DNA of 64,000 nt from Dehalococcoidia bacterium (GCA_965116415.1 OZ220693.1:556753-620752), one strand, 5' to 3'. Counted from the stretch's first letter, positions 37,795 to 46,755 are shown. Program-made: numbers and translations. Notes: generated by a model not told the origin, from the sequence alone.

Positions 37795-38730
37795 TTGACC
37801 ACCTTCATCGTCAGACGACTAGTTACTTCCATCATCGCGATCGCGGCTGCGGGTATGCTCGTCTTCGGCCTCTCAAGGGGTTTGGCCGATCCCAGGTACA
37901 CCTTGATCGGCGAGGCCGGCTACGGCATGTCACAAGAGACATGGGAGAGACTTGGCCGCGAGTTGCACCTAGACAAACCTGTGCCGGTGCAGTTCTTCTA
38001 TTGGGTCATAGCCATATCGCAAGGAGACTTCGGCAAGGACCTGCACGACGATAAGGCCGTGCTTCCCAAGCTGGCCGAGAAGATTGTCCCAACCGCCAAG
38101 CTTGGCCTGGTCTCTTGGATCATCGCTACGTTGATCGGCATACCTCTGGGTGTAATTTCAGCCATCAGCAGGGGATCGTTCCTGGACTATTTGGCTCGCG
38201 GATTTGCCCTCTTTGGGCAGGCTGTTCCGACCTTCTGGGCCGGGATTCTAATGATCATACTCTTCACCGTGTACCTGGACTGGCTGCCAGCCGCGGGAAT
38301 AGGAGAGGGGATAGCAATCCGCAATTACATTATGCCGTCAGTGGTATTGGCCTGGTTGCCGGCGGCCGGATATCTGCGCTTTACGCGTTCTGCCATGCTC
38401 GAAGTGCTCGACTCAGAGTACGTCAAACTGGCCAAGGCCAAGGGTGTTCCCTACCGGTCTATAATCTGGAAACATGCCTTCAGAAACGCCTCTCTAATTC
38501 CCCTCACGGCAACCGCGCTCGTCTTGGCCGGGTTCATCACTGGGTCGGTCCTCGTAGAGGCGGTATTCGCTTGGCCCGGCATCGGCTTCTATGCTGTCCA
38601 GGCCGTGCAGACCAACAACATAAACGTACTGGTTGCAATCGTCCTCATATTCACCGTGCTGTTTATATTTGCAAACTTCGTCGTCGACATCATGTACGGC
38701 CTGCTTGATCCTCGGATCAGGTACTCATGA
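37795..38730 (+). CDS. ABC transporter permease (DppB/OppB-like)
   Basis: 311 aa with 6 TM. N-terminal 'FIVRRLVTSI' and the EAA-type loop 'EYVKLAKAKGV'. TTG start after AGGACGG. Confidence 0.9.
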   Translation: MTTFIVRRLVTSIIAIAAAGMLVFGLSRGLADPRYTLIGEAGYGMSQETWERLGRELHLDKPVPVQFFYWVIAISQGDFGKDLHDDKAVLPKLAEKIVPTAKLGLVSWIIATLIGIPLGVISAISRGSFLDYLARGFALFGQAVPTFWAGILMIILFTVYLDWLPAAGIGEGIAIRNYIMPSVVLAWLPAAGYLRFTRSAMLEVLDSEYVKLAKAKGVPYRSIIWKHAFRNASLIPLTATALVLAGFITGSVLVEAVFAWPGIGFYAVQAVQTNNINVLVAIVLIFTVLFIFANFVVDIMYGLLDPRIRYS

Positions 38731-39620
38731 CCGCAGAAGCTCTGGGCACGAGACCTTCAGGTTTTTGGGCGTCTCTGGGACGGATCTATGGATTCCTGAC
38801 CCGCTGGCCCGTCATTCCGATTGTGATACTTGTCACTCTGGTCCTGATGGCGATTTTCGCTCCTGTAATCACCCTTCACGAACCCCTGGATGGCAATCTG
38901 CGCGAGAGGAACGTCCCTCCCTGGGGATTTGAGACCGGCAGCACCAACCACATCTTTGGGACAGACCATGTCGGTAGAGACATCTTCAGCCGCGTCGCCT
39001 ACGGTTCTCGTGTCTCACTCATGGTCGCTGCTGTTGCGCTAGTGACCGGCACAATAGTTGGCACGGTACTCGGCCTGGTCGCGGGATATTTCGGCGGAAT
39101 AGTGGACGAGATCATAATGAGGATCGTCGACATCTGGTTCGCTTTCCCATTCTTGATGATTGCCCTGCTGATTGCAGCGGTCGTAGGTCAGGGAATATCC
39201 ACAATAATGGGCCTTTTGGTCCTGCTCGTTTGGTCCAGTTACGTTCGCTACGTGAGAGCTGAAGTCCTGACCCTCAGGGAACGAGACTATGTCGCCCTGG
39301 CAAGAGTCGCCGGCGCCTCCACGATGCGCATTCTCATGAGGCACCTCTTGCCGGGCGTCACGAACACCGTCGTCGTCGTCGCCACGCTGCGGGCCGGACA
39401 GCTAGTGCTGGCTGAGGCATCGCTCAGCTTCCTCGGCGCTGGGATCCCTCCCCCGACGCCAACACTAGGCTCAATGATCGCCGATGGCAGAGATTACTTG
39501 AGAGACGCGTGGTGGATTTCAGTGTATCCAGGGATTACCATATTCTTAATGGTAATGTCTCTGAACTTCCTGGGTGACTGGCTCCGTGACCGGATCGATC
39601 CCAGGCTGAGGCAGCTTTAG
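38727..39620 (+). CDS. ABC transporter permease (DppC/OppC-like)
   Basis: 297 aa. 'DYVALARVAGAS' EAA loop. ATGA start/stop overlap with the upstream permease. Confidence 0.9.
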   Translation: MTAEALGTRPSGFWASLGRIYGFLTRWPVIPIVILVTLVLMAIFAPVITLHEPLDGNLRERNVPPWGFETGSTNHIFGTDHVGRDIFSRVAYGSRVSLMVAAVALVTGTIVGTVLGLVAGYFGGIVDEIIMRIVDIWFAFPFLMIALLIAAVVGQGISTIMGLLVLLVWSSYVRYVRAEVLTLRERDYVALARVAGASTMRILMRHLLPGVTNTVVVVATLRAGQLVLAEASLSFLGAGIPPPTPTLGSMIADGRDYLRDAWWISVYPGITIFLMVMSLNFLGDWLRDRIDPRLRQL

Positions 39621-39670
39621 GAACGAACGGTCCCGGTCGTCATTTGGCCGACCTAACGCCGAGGTCTGAA

Positions 39671-40792
39671 ATGTCTAGCGAAGCGAAACTGCGGCGCACT
39701 CCTCTTTATGATGTCCACTCCAGCATGGGAGCAAAGTTCGTGCCGTTCGCTGGCTGGGAGATGCCCGTGCAGTACGGCAGCATCCTGGAAGAGGCGCGGG
39801 CGGTTCGTTCAGGGGTTGGGCTGTTCGACGTGTCCCACATGGGTCGCCTGGAGATCCTCGGCGCGGACGCGGCCGACCTGCTGAACTCGACGCTGAGCAT
39901 CAGGGTCGACAACCTCGGAGTGGGACGTGCTCGGTACAACGTCATCTGCGATTCCGACGGCGGCATCATCGACGACTGCATCGTTTACAGGCGAGGAAGG
40001 GAGCGCTTTCTTCTCGTACCGAATGCTTCGAACACAGGTCCGGTCGTTGAGTGGCTGGAAGAGTGGACGCCGAACGAGGCGGACGTGACTATGAAGAACG
40101 TGACGCCCGACGTCGCCATGATTGCTTGTCAGGGGCCAGGCGCCGAAGAGACCCTCCAGCGTCTTACGGACTTCGACGTTTCGATGTCGAACCTGAGGCC
40201 ATTCAGGGGCAGGACCATGACGATCTGCAGCGCGTCGTGCTACGTGGGAAGGACCGGGTACACCGGTGAAGATGGCTTCGAGATCATGGCGCCATCGGAT
40301 GCCGCGCCGTCTGTGTGGCAGGCACTTGTAGATCAGGGCGCAGCCTCGTGCGGGCTGGCGGCACGAGACGTGCTCAGGCTCGAAGCAGGGCTGCTGTTGC
40401 ACGGCAACGACATGGACACGTCGGTGAACCCGTACGAAGCGGGATTGGGCCGGTTCGTTGAACCTGACCGTAAAGAGTACGTCGCCGGTAAGGCGCTACG
40501 CAGGGTCCTGGACGAAGGAATATCGCGTAAGCTGGTTGGATTTGCGATGGAAGGAAGAGGCATCGCCCGTCACGGCTACCGGATACTCGACGGAGAGAGA
40601 ACCATCGGAGAGGTGTCATCCGGCGGGCCTGCACCGACTCTTGACTTGAACATAGGCATGGGCTATGTTCCCATCGAATATTCGGAGCCGGGAACACGTA
40701 TCGAAATCGAAATACGGAACCGCCCCGTGAAGGCTCAGGTTACTGACCTCCCATTCTACGCAGGCGGCAATGTTTTGGTCGGTGCATTGTGA
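39671..40792 (+). CDS. gcvT: Glycine cleavage system aminomethyltransferase T
   Basis: 'RTPLYDVH...GAKFVPFAGWEMPVQY', 'FDVSHMG' and 'GYTGEDGFEI'. ATG 39671 is preferred over the track TTG 39644. Confidence 0.95.
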   Translation: MSSEAKLRRTPLYDVHSSMGAKFVPFAGWEMPVQYGSILEEARAVRSGVGLFDVSHMGRLEILGADAADLLNSTLSIRVDNLGVGRARYNVICDSDGGIIDDCIVYRRGRERFLLVPNASNTGPVVEWLEEWTPNEADVTMKNVTPDVAMIACQGPGAEETLQRLTDFDVSMSNLRPFRGRTMTICSASCYVGRTGYTGEDGFEIMAPSDAAPSVWQALVDQGAASCGLAARDVLRLEAGLLLHGNDMDTSVNPYEAGLGRFVEPDRKEYVAGKALRRVLDEGISRKLVGFAMEGRGIARHGYRILDGERTIGEVSSGGPAPTLDLNIGMGYVPIEYSEPGTRIEIEIRNRPVKAQVTDLPFYAGGNVLVGAL

Positions 40793-40846
40793 ACCCCCTT
40801 AATGGCTCGGGTGACCATCCCACCTTTCTACATGTGGTGAGAACTC

Positions 40847-41233
40847 ATGAATCCAGATAATCTCAAGTATTCGCGTGAGCATGAATGGCTAAACGTTGAC
40901 GACGACGGATATGCCATAATTGGCATAACCCACTTTGCCCAGGACAGTCTGGGCGATGTGGTCTTTGTCGAACTGCCTGAAGTTGGCGGCGATGTCGGCC
41001 AGTTCGAAAAGATGGGCGAGATCGAGTCCGTTAAGGCCGTATCGGACCTCTATTCCCCAGTCAGTGGCAAGGTCGTTGAACGAAACGACAGGCTGCTCGA
41101 CCAACCTGAGCTCGTGAACGACAGCCCTTACGAAGATGGCTGGATGTTGAAGGTCCAGATGGACGACTCGTCGGAAGTGGACAACCTCCTGAGTTCGTCC
41201 CAGTACGACGACCTCCTGGAATCCGAGGCGTAG
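40847..41233 (+). CDS. gcvH: Glycine cleavage system H protein
   Basis: 'EIESVKAVSDLYSPVSG' lipoyl-lysine motif; 128 aa. Confidence 0.95.
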   Translation: MNPDNLKYSREHEWLNVDDDGYAIIGITHFAQDSLGDVVFVELPEVGGDVGQFEKMGEIESVKAVSDLYSPVSGKVVERNDRLLDQPELVNDSPYEDGWMLKVQMDDSSEVDNLLSSSQYDDLLESEA

Positions 41234-41241
41234 ATCGCACC

Positions 41242-42572
41242 ATGGCGCCAAACGAGTACCAGTCTCCGTATGTCCCTAACACCGATCCCGACCGACGAGC
41301 GATGCTCGACGTCATTGGGGTCGATTCTATAGAAGAGCTGTTCGCCGACATACCGGACGGCTACCTGAACTACGACCTCGATATCCCATCGGCCCGCAAC
41401 GAGCTTGACCTCACTCGCTACGCTCGGGAACTCGCCGCCATGAACCGCACCCCAGGCGAATACGCCTGCTTCCTGGGCGCAGGTTCGTACAGGCACCACA
41501 TTCCTGCTGTGGTCAGGCAGATCACCAGTCGAAGCGAGTACATGACCGCCTACACGCCGTATCAGCCTGAGGTTTCTCAGGGCACCCTCCAGACGGCGTT
41601 CGAGTTCCAGAGTCTCATCTGCCAGCTGACCGGAATGGACGTGGCCAATCTCGGCATGTACGACGGCTCGACATCTCTGGCCGAGGCCGCTCTCATGGCA
41701 TCGAGAATCACACGCAGACACCGGGCAGCGGTCGTTGACTCCGTATCGCCCCTGTACCGCGAGGTTCTGGACACGTACGTGCAGGCGCCGGGAATTGAAA
41801 TCAACACAGTTCCCGCTTCGGCCGATTCCCTACCTGACGAGACGGCTTGTCTTATTGTCCAGCAGCCTAACTTCTACGGCTACATGGAAGACGTCGACAG
41901 GCTCGCAAAGATGGCGCACGATGCCGGAGCGCTGCTGATCGTCAGCGTGGACCCCGTATCGCTCGGTATGTTCAGACCTCCGAGCGACTACGGCGCAGAC
42001 ATCGTAGTCGGAGAGGGCCAGGCTCTCGGCGTTCCCACCACGTTTGGCGGCCCATACGTCGGGCTATTTGCCTGCAAGCAGGACTACATCCGGCAGATGC
42101 CAGGACGTATTGTTGGCAAGACCGTCGACACTCGCGGCGAAGAAGCGTACGTCCTGACCCTGCAGACACGCGAGCAGCACATCAGGCGGAGCGAGCAACG
42201 TCAAACATCTGCACCGCGGTTGCACTCATCGCATTGATGTCCACTGTCTATCTCGCGTCTTTCGGACGACGTGGACTCCGTCATGTAGCAGAGCTCTGCT
42301 ACCACAAGTCTCACTACGCCGCCGACCGGATTGAGGAGATTCCAGGATACTCAGTGCCAATGGACGGTACATTCTTCCAGGAGTTCGTAGTCGAATGCCC
42401 TGGGAACCCTTCAGAGATCAACGAAAAGCTGCTGGACTACGGAATCATAGGCGGAGCCGATATTAGCCCGCAGGTGCCAAACGGCATGTTGGTGTGCGTC
42501 ACCGAAATGAACACACGGGACGAGATAGAGAATCTGGTCGCAGCATTGGCTGAGATAGGGGGAGCGGCATAG
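41242..42572 (+). CDS. gcvPA: Glycine dehydrogenase (decarboxylating) subunit 1, reading frame interrupted by a 1-nt frameshift near 42189
   Basis: Track ORFs 41242..42237 and 42234..42572 are the N- and C-terminal parts of one GcvPA. Switching frame at CGG|GAG (42187-42191) reads '..REQHIRR ERATSNICTAVALIALMSTVYLASFG..', the conserved GcvPA segment. Confidence 0.85.
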
Positions 42573-44054
42573 ATGGCTTCCCTCCTTGAAAGAGCTGCGC
42601 TGGACCGGCGAAAACTGCTCATGGACCGCAGCAGGTCGGGGCGTATCGGCACGACCCTTCCGCCGCTCGATGTTCCTGAGACTCAGCTGCCAGACTCGTC
42701 CATGCTTCGCGACGAACTGGACCTCCCGGAGGTATCCGAGGGGGAGATCGTCCGTTACTTCTCGCAGATTAGCCAGTTCAACTTCTCAATAGATCACAAC
42801 TTCTACCCGCTCGGCAGTTGCACGATGAAGTACAACCCGAAGCTGAATGACGAGATCGCGTCAATTCCGGGGTTCGCCCAAATACACCCGCTGCAGCCCG
42901 TGGCCACAGTGCAGGGCGCCGTCAAATTGGTGTGGGAGCTCCAGGAAGTCCTGAACGAGATTACGGGCATGGCCGGCTGCTCGCTCGCTCCCATGGCAGG
43001 CGCCGACGGTGAACTTGCGGGCCTCCTGATGGCGAGGGCCTACCACCTCGACCGCGGCGACGATAAGCGAAAGAACGTGTTGATTCCCGACTCCGCGCAC
43101 GGCACCAACCCGGCATCCGCAGCGATGGCTGGCTTCAACGTCGTGACTCTGCCCTCCGACTCGGCCGGCAATACCGACCTCGACGCCCTGAGAGACTCAG
43201 TAAGCGACGAACTGGCAGGCTTGATGATTACCCTGCCGAGCACACTAGGGCTCTTCGACACCAATATCCTCGACGTAACGCGCATCGTTCGCGACGCCGG
43301 GGGAATTGTGTACGGCGACGGCGCCAACCTCAACGCGATCGTCGGCAGGGTCAAGTTCGGGGACTTAGGCTTCGACGTCATCCACTCCAACCTGCACAAG
43401 ACCTTCACCCAACCACACGGCGGCGGCGGCCCAGGTGCAGGCCCTGTCATCGCCGGACCAAGGCTCGTTGACTACCTGCCAACACCTGTCGCTGGGAGGC
43501 ATCAGGACAACGGTGAAGAGACGTTCTCACTTGATACACCGGCGAATACGATCGGCCGGATGGGAGCGTTCCACGGAAACTTCGGAGCCCTGGTGAGGGC
43601 GTGGTCATACATCTTCACACTTGGCAAAGAGGGCATCCCGCAGATTAGCGAGGACGCCGTCATCAACGCCAACTACATTCTCAGCGAGCTCAAGGGGCAC
43701 TACGACCTCCCGTATGACCGTACCTGTATGCACGAGGTGGTCTTTGCGGCGACCAATCTCAGGCGCGAACATGGCGTCCGCGCAATGGACGTAGCGAAGC
43801 GCCTGATCGACTACGGAATACACCCACCCACGATGTACTTCCCGCTCGTCGTCGAAGAGGCGTTGATGATTGAACCGACCGAGACAGAGTCCAAGGAGAC
43901 CCTGGATTACTTCATCGAAGTGATGAAGCAGATCGCAGCTGAGGCCGCAGAAGACCCGGACATGCTCCACGAAGCGCCACACAACACACCGAATACCCGG
44001 CTGGACGAGGCCCGCGCCGCCCGCCGACCAGACCTCAGGTGGCGACGCCAATAA
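42573..44054 (+). CDS. gcvPB: Glycine dehydrogenase (decarboxylating) subunit 2
   Basis: 'NFYPLGSCTMKYNP' and 'SNLHKTF' (PLP-Lys). The ATG directly abuts the gcvPA stop. Confidence 0.95.
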   Translation: MASLLERAALDRRKLLMDRSRSGRIGTTLPPLDVPETQLPDSSMLRDELDLPEVSEGEIVRYFSQISQFNFSIDHNFYPLGSCTMKYNPKLNDEIASIPGFAQIHPLQPVATVQGAVKLVWELQEVLNEITGMAGCSLAPMAGADGELAGLLMARAYHLDRGDDKRKNVLIPDSAHGTNPASAAMAGFNVVTLPSDSAGNTDLDALRDSVSDELAGLMITLPSTLGLFDTNILDVTRIVRDAGGIVYGDGANLNAIVGRVKFGDLGFDVIHSNLHKTFTQPHGGGGPGAGPVIAGPRLVDYLPTPVAGRHQDNGEETFSLDTPANTIGRMGAFHGNFGALVRAWSYIFTLGKEGIPQISEDAVINANYILSELKGHYDLPYDRTCMHEVVFAATNLRREHGVRAMDVAKRLIDYGIHPPTMYFPLVVEEALMIEPTETESKETLDYFIEVMKQIAAEAAEDPDMLHEAPHNTPNTRLDEARAARRPDLRWRRQ

Positions 44055-44068
44055 GAACTAGACAACAT

Positions 44069-44108
44069 CCCCCTCTCCCTTGAGGGAGAGGGCTGGGGTG
44101 AGGGTGAA
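44069..44108 (+). repeat. Intergenic palindrome + G-tract element, copy 2
   Basis: The sequence is CCCCCTCTCCCTTGAGGGAGAGGGCTGGGGTGAGGGTGAA, 15 nt after the gcvPB stop. Confidence 0.85.
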
Positions 44109-44185
44109 TACCCACCCCTTCAGCACGCAGCACGACATAAGAAGAGACCTTGTAAATCCTCTAACAACAGGAGATAGAAAAAGAG

Positions 44186-44647
44186 ATGTCAGAAGTAGGC
44201 CATATGGCCCCAGACTTCACCCTACCCGCCCATAACGGCGAACCGATTACCCTTAGCGACTTCAGGGGAGAGAAGAACGTCGTTCTGTCGTTCCACATCT
44301 TTTCCTTCACAGGTGGTTGAACGCACCAGGTCTCCTCGATGCGTATACACAACGCATCATTCGAGGAGGCTGGCGCCCAGGTACTGGGCATAAGCTGTGA
44401 CTCCCGACCGACACAGGTAGCGTTCGCTTCGTCCTTGGGATCGATCCCATATCCGCTGCTGGCTGACTACTGGCCGCACGGCGGAGTGTGCCAGAGTCTG
44501 GGCATACTGAACGAACAGCTCGGAGCGCCCTTCAGAGCGATCATCATAATCGATAAAGAGGGTGTCATCAGGTTCAAGGAGACCTACACTGCCGCTGGGG
44601 ACGTCGATCCCCGTGCGATCCTGGCAGAGGTCGAGAAGCTCCCATAA
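44186..44647 (+). CDS. AhpE-like 1-Cys peroxiredoxin with in-frame TGA (44318-44320) at the peroxidatic Cys position; candidate selenoprotein
   Basis: Hand translation gives '[31 protein letters not shown][TGA][64 protein letters not shown]'. It is in the same frame as track ORF 44339..44647 and totals 153 codons. Confidence 0.7.
44332..44368 (+). promoter_or_regulatory. Stem-loop 11 nt downstream of the in-frame TGA (candidate bacterial SECIS)
   Basis: The outer stem is 44332-44339 paired with 44361-44368 (8 bp) and the inner stem is 44340-44344 paired with 44352-44356 (5 bp). The apical loop is AUACACA and the 3' bulge is UCAU. Confidence 0.4.
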
Positions 44648-44685
44648 CCAAGCAATCTTCTGATCAGTCCGCCTCGGGCGGCGCG

Positions 44686-45492
44686 ATCCAACGCCGGGGA
44701 CCGTTCCGGGAGGGGGAGTACGTCCAACTTCTTGATCGCCGCGGACGCACTTACCTTGTCCAACTCACGCCCGGAGACCTCTTCGAGACGCACATCGGCA
44801 ATTACCCTACCGGCGACCTGATCGGCCAGCCCGAGGGCTCACGGATCGTCACCAACCGGGGCCACCGGCTGTTAGCGGTCAGACCTACCCTGTCGGACCT
44901 GACACTCCGGATGCCGAGGCTCGCGACGGTCATGTACCCCAAGGATCTCGGCGCGCTGCTCGTGTACGCCGACATCTTCACCGGCGCACGTGTCCTGGAG
45001 GCCGGTGCCGGCTCGGGAGCAGTCACCATGACTCTGCTCAGGGCCGTTGGAGAGACCGGACGCGTATTTACCTACGACGTGCGGCAGGACATGCTCGATC
45101 AGGCGCAGTCCAACATCGCAAGGTACTTCGAGAGCTGGGATAACCTTGAGCTAAAGATTGGCGACGTTTATGAAGGCTTCGTCGAGGAAGATATAGACAG
45201 GATCGTCCTTGATCTCCCGGAGCCCTGGCACGTCGTCCCACATGCTTCGGACCGCCTCGTACCCGGCGGTCTGTTCTTCGGCTTCATACCGACCGTTCCG
45301 CAGGTTGACGAGCTAGTCCGTACTCTTCGCCGGCAGAGAACGTTCGGATTGATCGAGACAATGGAGATCATGATGCGCCAGTGGAACGTCAGTGGGCGCA
45401 GTGTGAGACCTTCACATCGCATGGTGGGTCACACGGGATTCATCGTCACCGCCCGCCGCGTGAGCGAGCGTTCGTCAGAGACAGAAGACTAA
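44686..45492 (+). CDS. trmI: tRNA (adenine58-N1)-methyltransferase TrmI; 5' boundary uncertain (no canonical start codon upstream of conserved N-domain)
   Basis: The in-frame upstream translation 'GPFREGEYVQLLDRRGRTYLVQLTPGDLFETHIGNYPTGDLIGQPEGSRIVTNRGHRLLAVRPTLSDLTLRMPRLATVMYPKD' is the TrmI N-terminal domain. The track ATG 44911 would delete it. 'VLEAGAGSGAVT' is the SAM motif. Confidence 0.8.
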   Translation: MQRRGPFREGEYVQLLDRRGRTYLVQLTPGDLFETHIGNYPTGDLIGQPEGSRIVTNRGHRLLAVRPTLSDLTLRMPRLATVMYPKDLGALLVYADIFTGARVLEAGAGSGAVTMTLLRAVGETGRVFTYDVRQDMLDQAQSNIARYFESWDNLELKIGDVYEGFVEEDIDRIVLDLPEPWHVVPHASDRLVPGGLFFGFIPTVPQVDELVRTLRRQRTFGLIETMEIMMRQWNVSGRSVRPSHRMVGHTGFIVTARRVSERSSETED

Positions 45493-45496
45493 GAAA

Positions 45497-46678
45497 CTAA
45501 CCGACTGGCAGATGCCGATCAGTTGCCACTGGCGATCTAAGTTGCCTTGTTGTCTGAGATGACGGTATCAGCTCGGAGGCCCGCTCAATCCCGCTGTCCT
45601 TCTCCTGGACCAACACCCTGAACTTGCCTAAGCCCTCAGGGTCGATCAGGCGACGCATTGCGCGCACGTTGGACCTGCGCCGCATGGAAGCGAGTCCCGA
45701 ATCCCCAAGGGCCTCCTCCATCCGAGCGTATCCAAGCGAGTGGAGAAACTCCGCCTGTGTAGTCAGAAAGACCGGGCGAAGATCGACCTCCCGTCCTTCC
45801 TCGATCAGAGCAGTGAAATCGACATGCGCCGTCATGTCCTGTCGACCAACGCGCTGGTAAGGACTCCCGCCCTCAGTATGCCGATAGTACGTCTGGAGCG
45901 TTCCACGGCTTCTCTTGTAGGAGTACAGCTCTTCCCGCTCGTACCCATAGTCTATGGTCATCACGAACCCGCGCCTGAGACACGCTGCCACGTCGCTCAT
46001 CCACGTCATGACACCCGCGTTGATCTCTCCCCTGTACCTGTCAGGCAGCAACCTGCCTACAGAAGAGAGCCTGTCGACAATCAGCGTCGTGGAAGGCTCA
46101 CCAAGCTGATCGACAAAAGCACCGGCTTCGTCCAGGTCAACATAGACCTCACACGGCAGTCCTTCCTTGAATTCAAACCTGTGTACCGGCATGGCGTCGA
46201 GCAATTCATTCGATATAACGCACCCCACGACACCCCCAACCGGAAGACCTGTCGACGATATCCGCTCAACCCCTGTTCCATCGGGGAACGAGTCTCCGGC
46301 GTTGACCCTGTCAACCGCGACGTACCTGATCGACTCCGAGAGCCGGGTGAAATGGGAACGGGCATACCTGACAATATCTGTCCCCAGGATGCCATCGCCC
46401 GAACCCGCTTCAATAACCCAGAAGGGACTTGGACAGCCCAGCCTGCGCCACATAGTTTCCAGTTGCACACAGATTAAGGCTCCGAATGCAGGGTGGGCGA
46501 CGGGGCTGGTGAAGTAGTCACCTCCTGCGCCTATTGGTCTGCGGCTCGAGTAGTAGCCATCGGGATGATAGAGGGCGACCTCCATGAACTCCGCGAAAGT
46601 TATCGCTCCAAAGACTTGAATGCGTCTTCGGATCTCTCGCTCAGCGTCGGTCTGCTTACTGCCTTCGGTGACAAACAA
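45497..46678 (-). CDS. MidA/NDUFAF7-family class I SAM-dependent methyltransferase (DUF185)
   Basis: 'ITFAEFMEVALYHPDGYY', 'GDYFTSPVAHPAFG' and 'VIEAGSGDG' motifs. Confidence 0.85.
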   Translation of the reverse strand: MFVTEGSKQTDAEREIRRRIQVFGAITFAEFMEVALYHPDGYYSSRRPIGAGGDYFTSPVAHPAFGALICVQLETMWRRLGCPSPFWVIEAGSGDGILGTDIVRYARSHFTRLSESIRYVAVDRVNAGDSFPDGTGVERISSTGLPVGGVVGCVISNELLDAMPVHRFEFKEGLPCEVYVDLDEAGAFVDQLGEPSTTLIVDRLSSVGRLLPDRYRGEINAGVMTWMSDVAACLRRGFVMTIDYGYEREELYSYKRSRGTLQTYYRHTEGGSPYQRVGRQDMTAHVDFTALIEEGREVDLRPVFLTTQAEFLHSLGYARMEEALGDSGLASMRRRSNVRAMRRLIDPEGLGKFRVLVQEKDSGIERASELIPSSQTTRQLRSPVATDRHLPVG

Positions 46679-46755
46679 GGACGATATAACTCCCGGAGTT
46701 GGGAAGTAGACGCTTGAGGATCGATGGAATGGTCAGCAGGGGTCATCTAAAGCAG

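Noticed and set aside
39621-39670. Possible glycine riboswitch upstream of gcvT
   Set aside because: Only about 50 nt separate the upstream permease stop from the gcvT ATG. That is too short for a glycine aptamer, and no conserved glycine-riboswitch core was seen.
42150-42240. Programmed ribosomal frameshift in gcvPA
   Set aside because: There is no slippery heptamer or stimulatory structure at the shift site. A 1-nt indel in a G run (error or mutation) is the simpler explanation.
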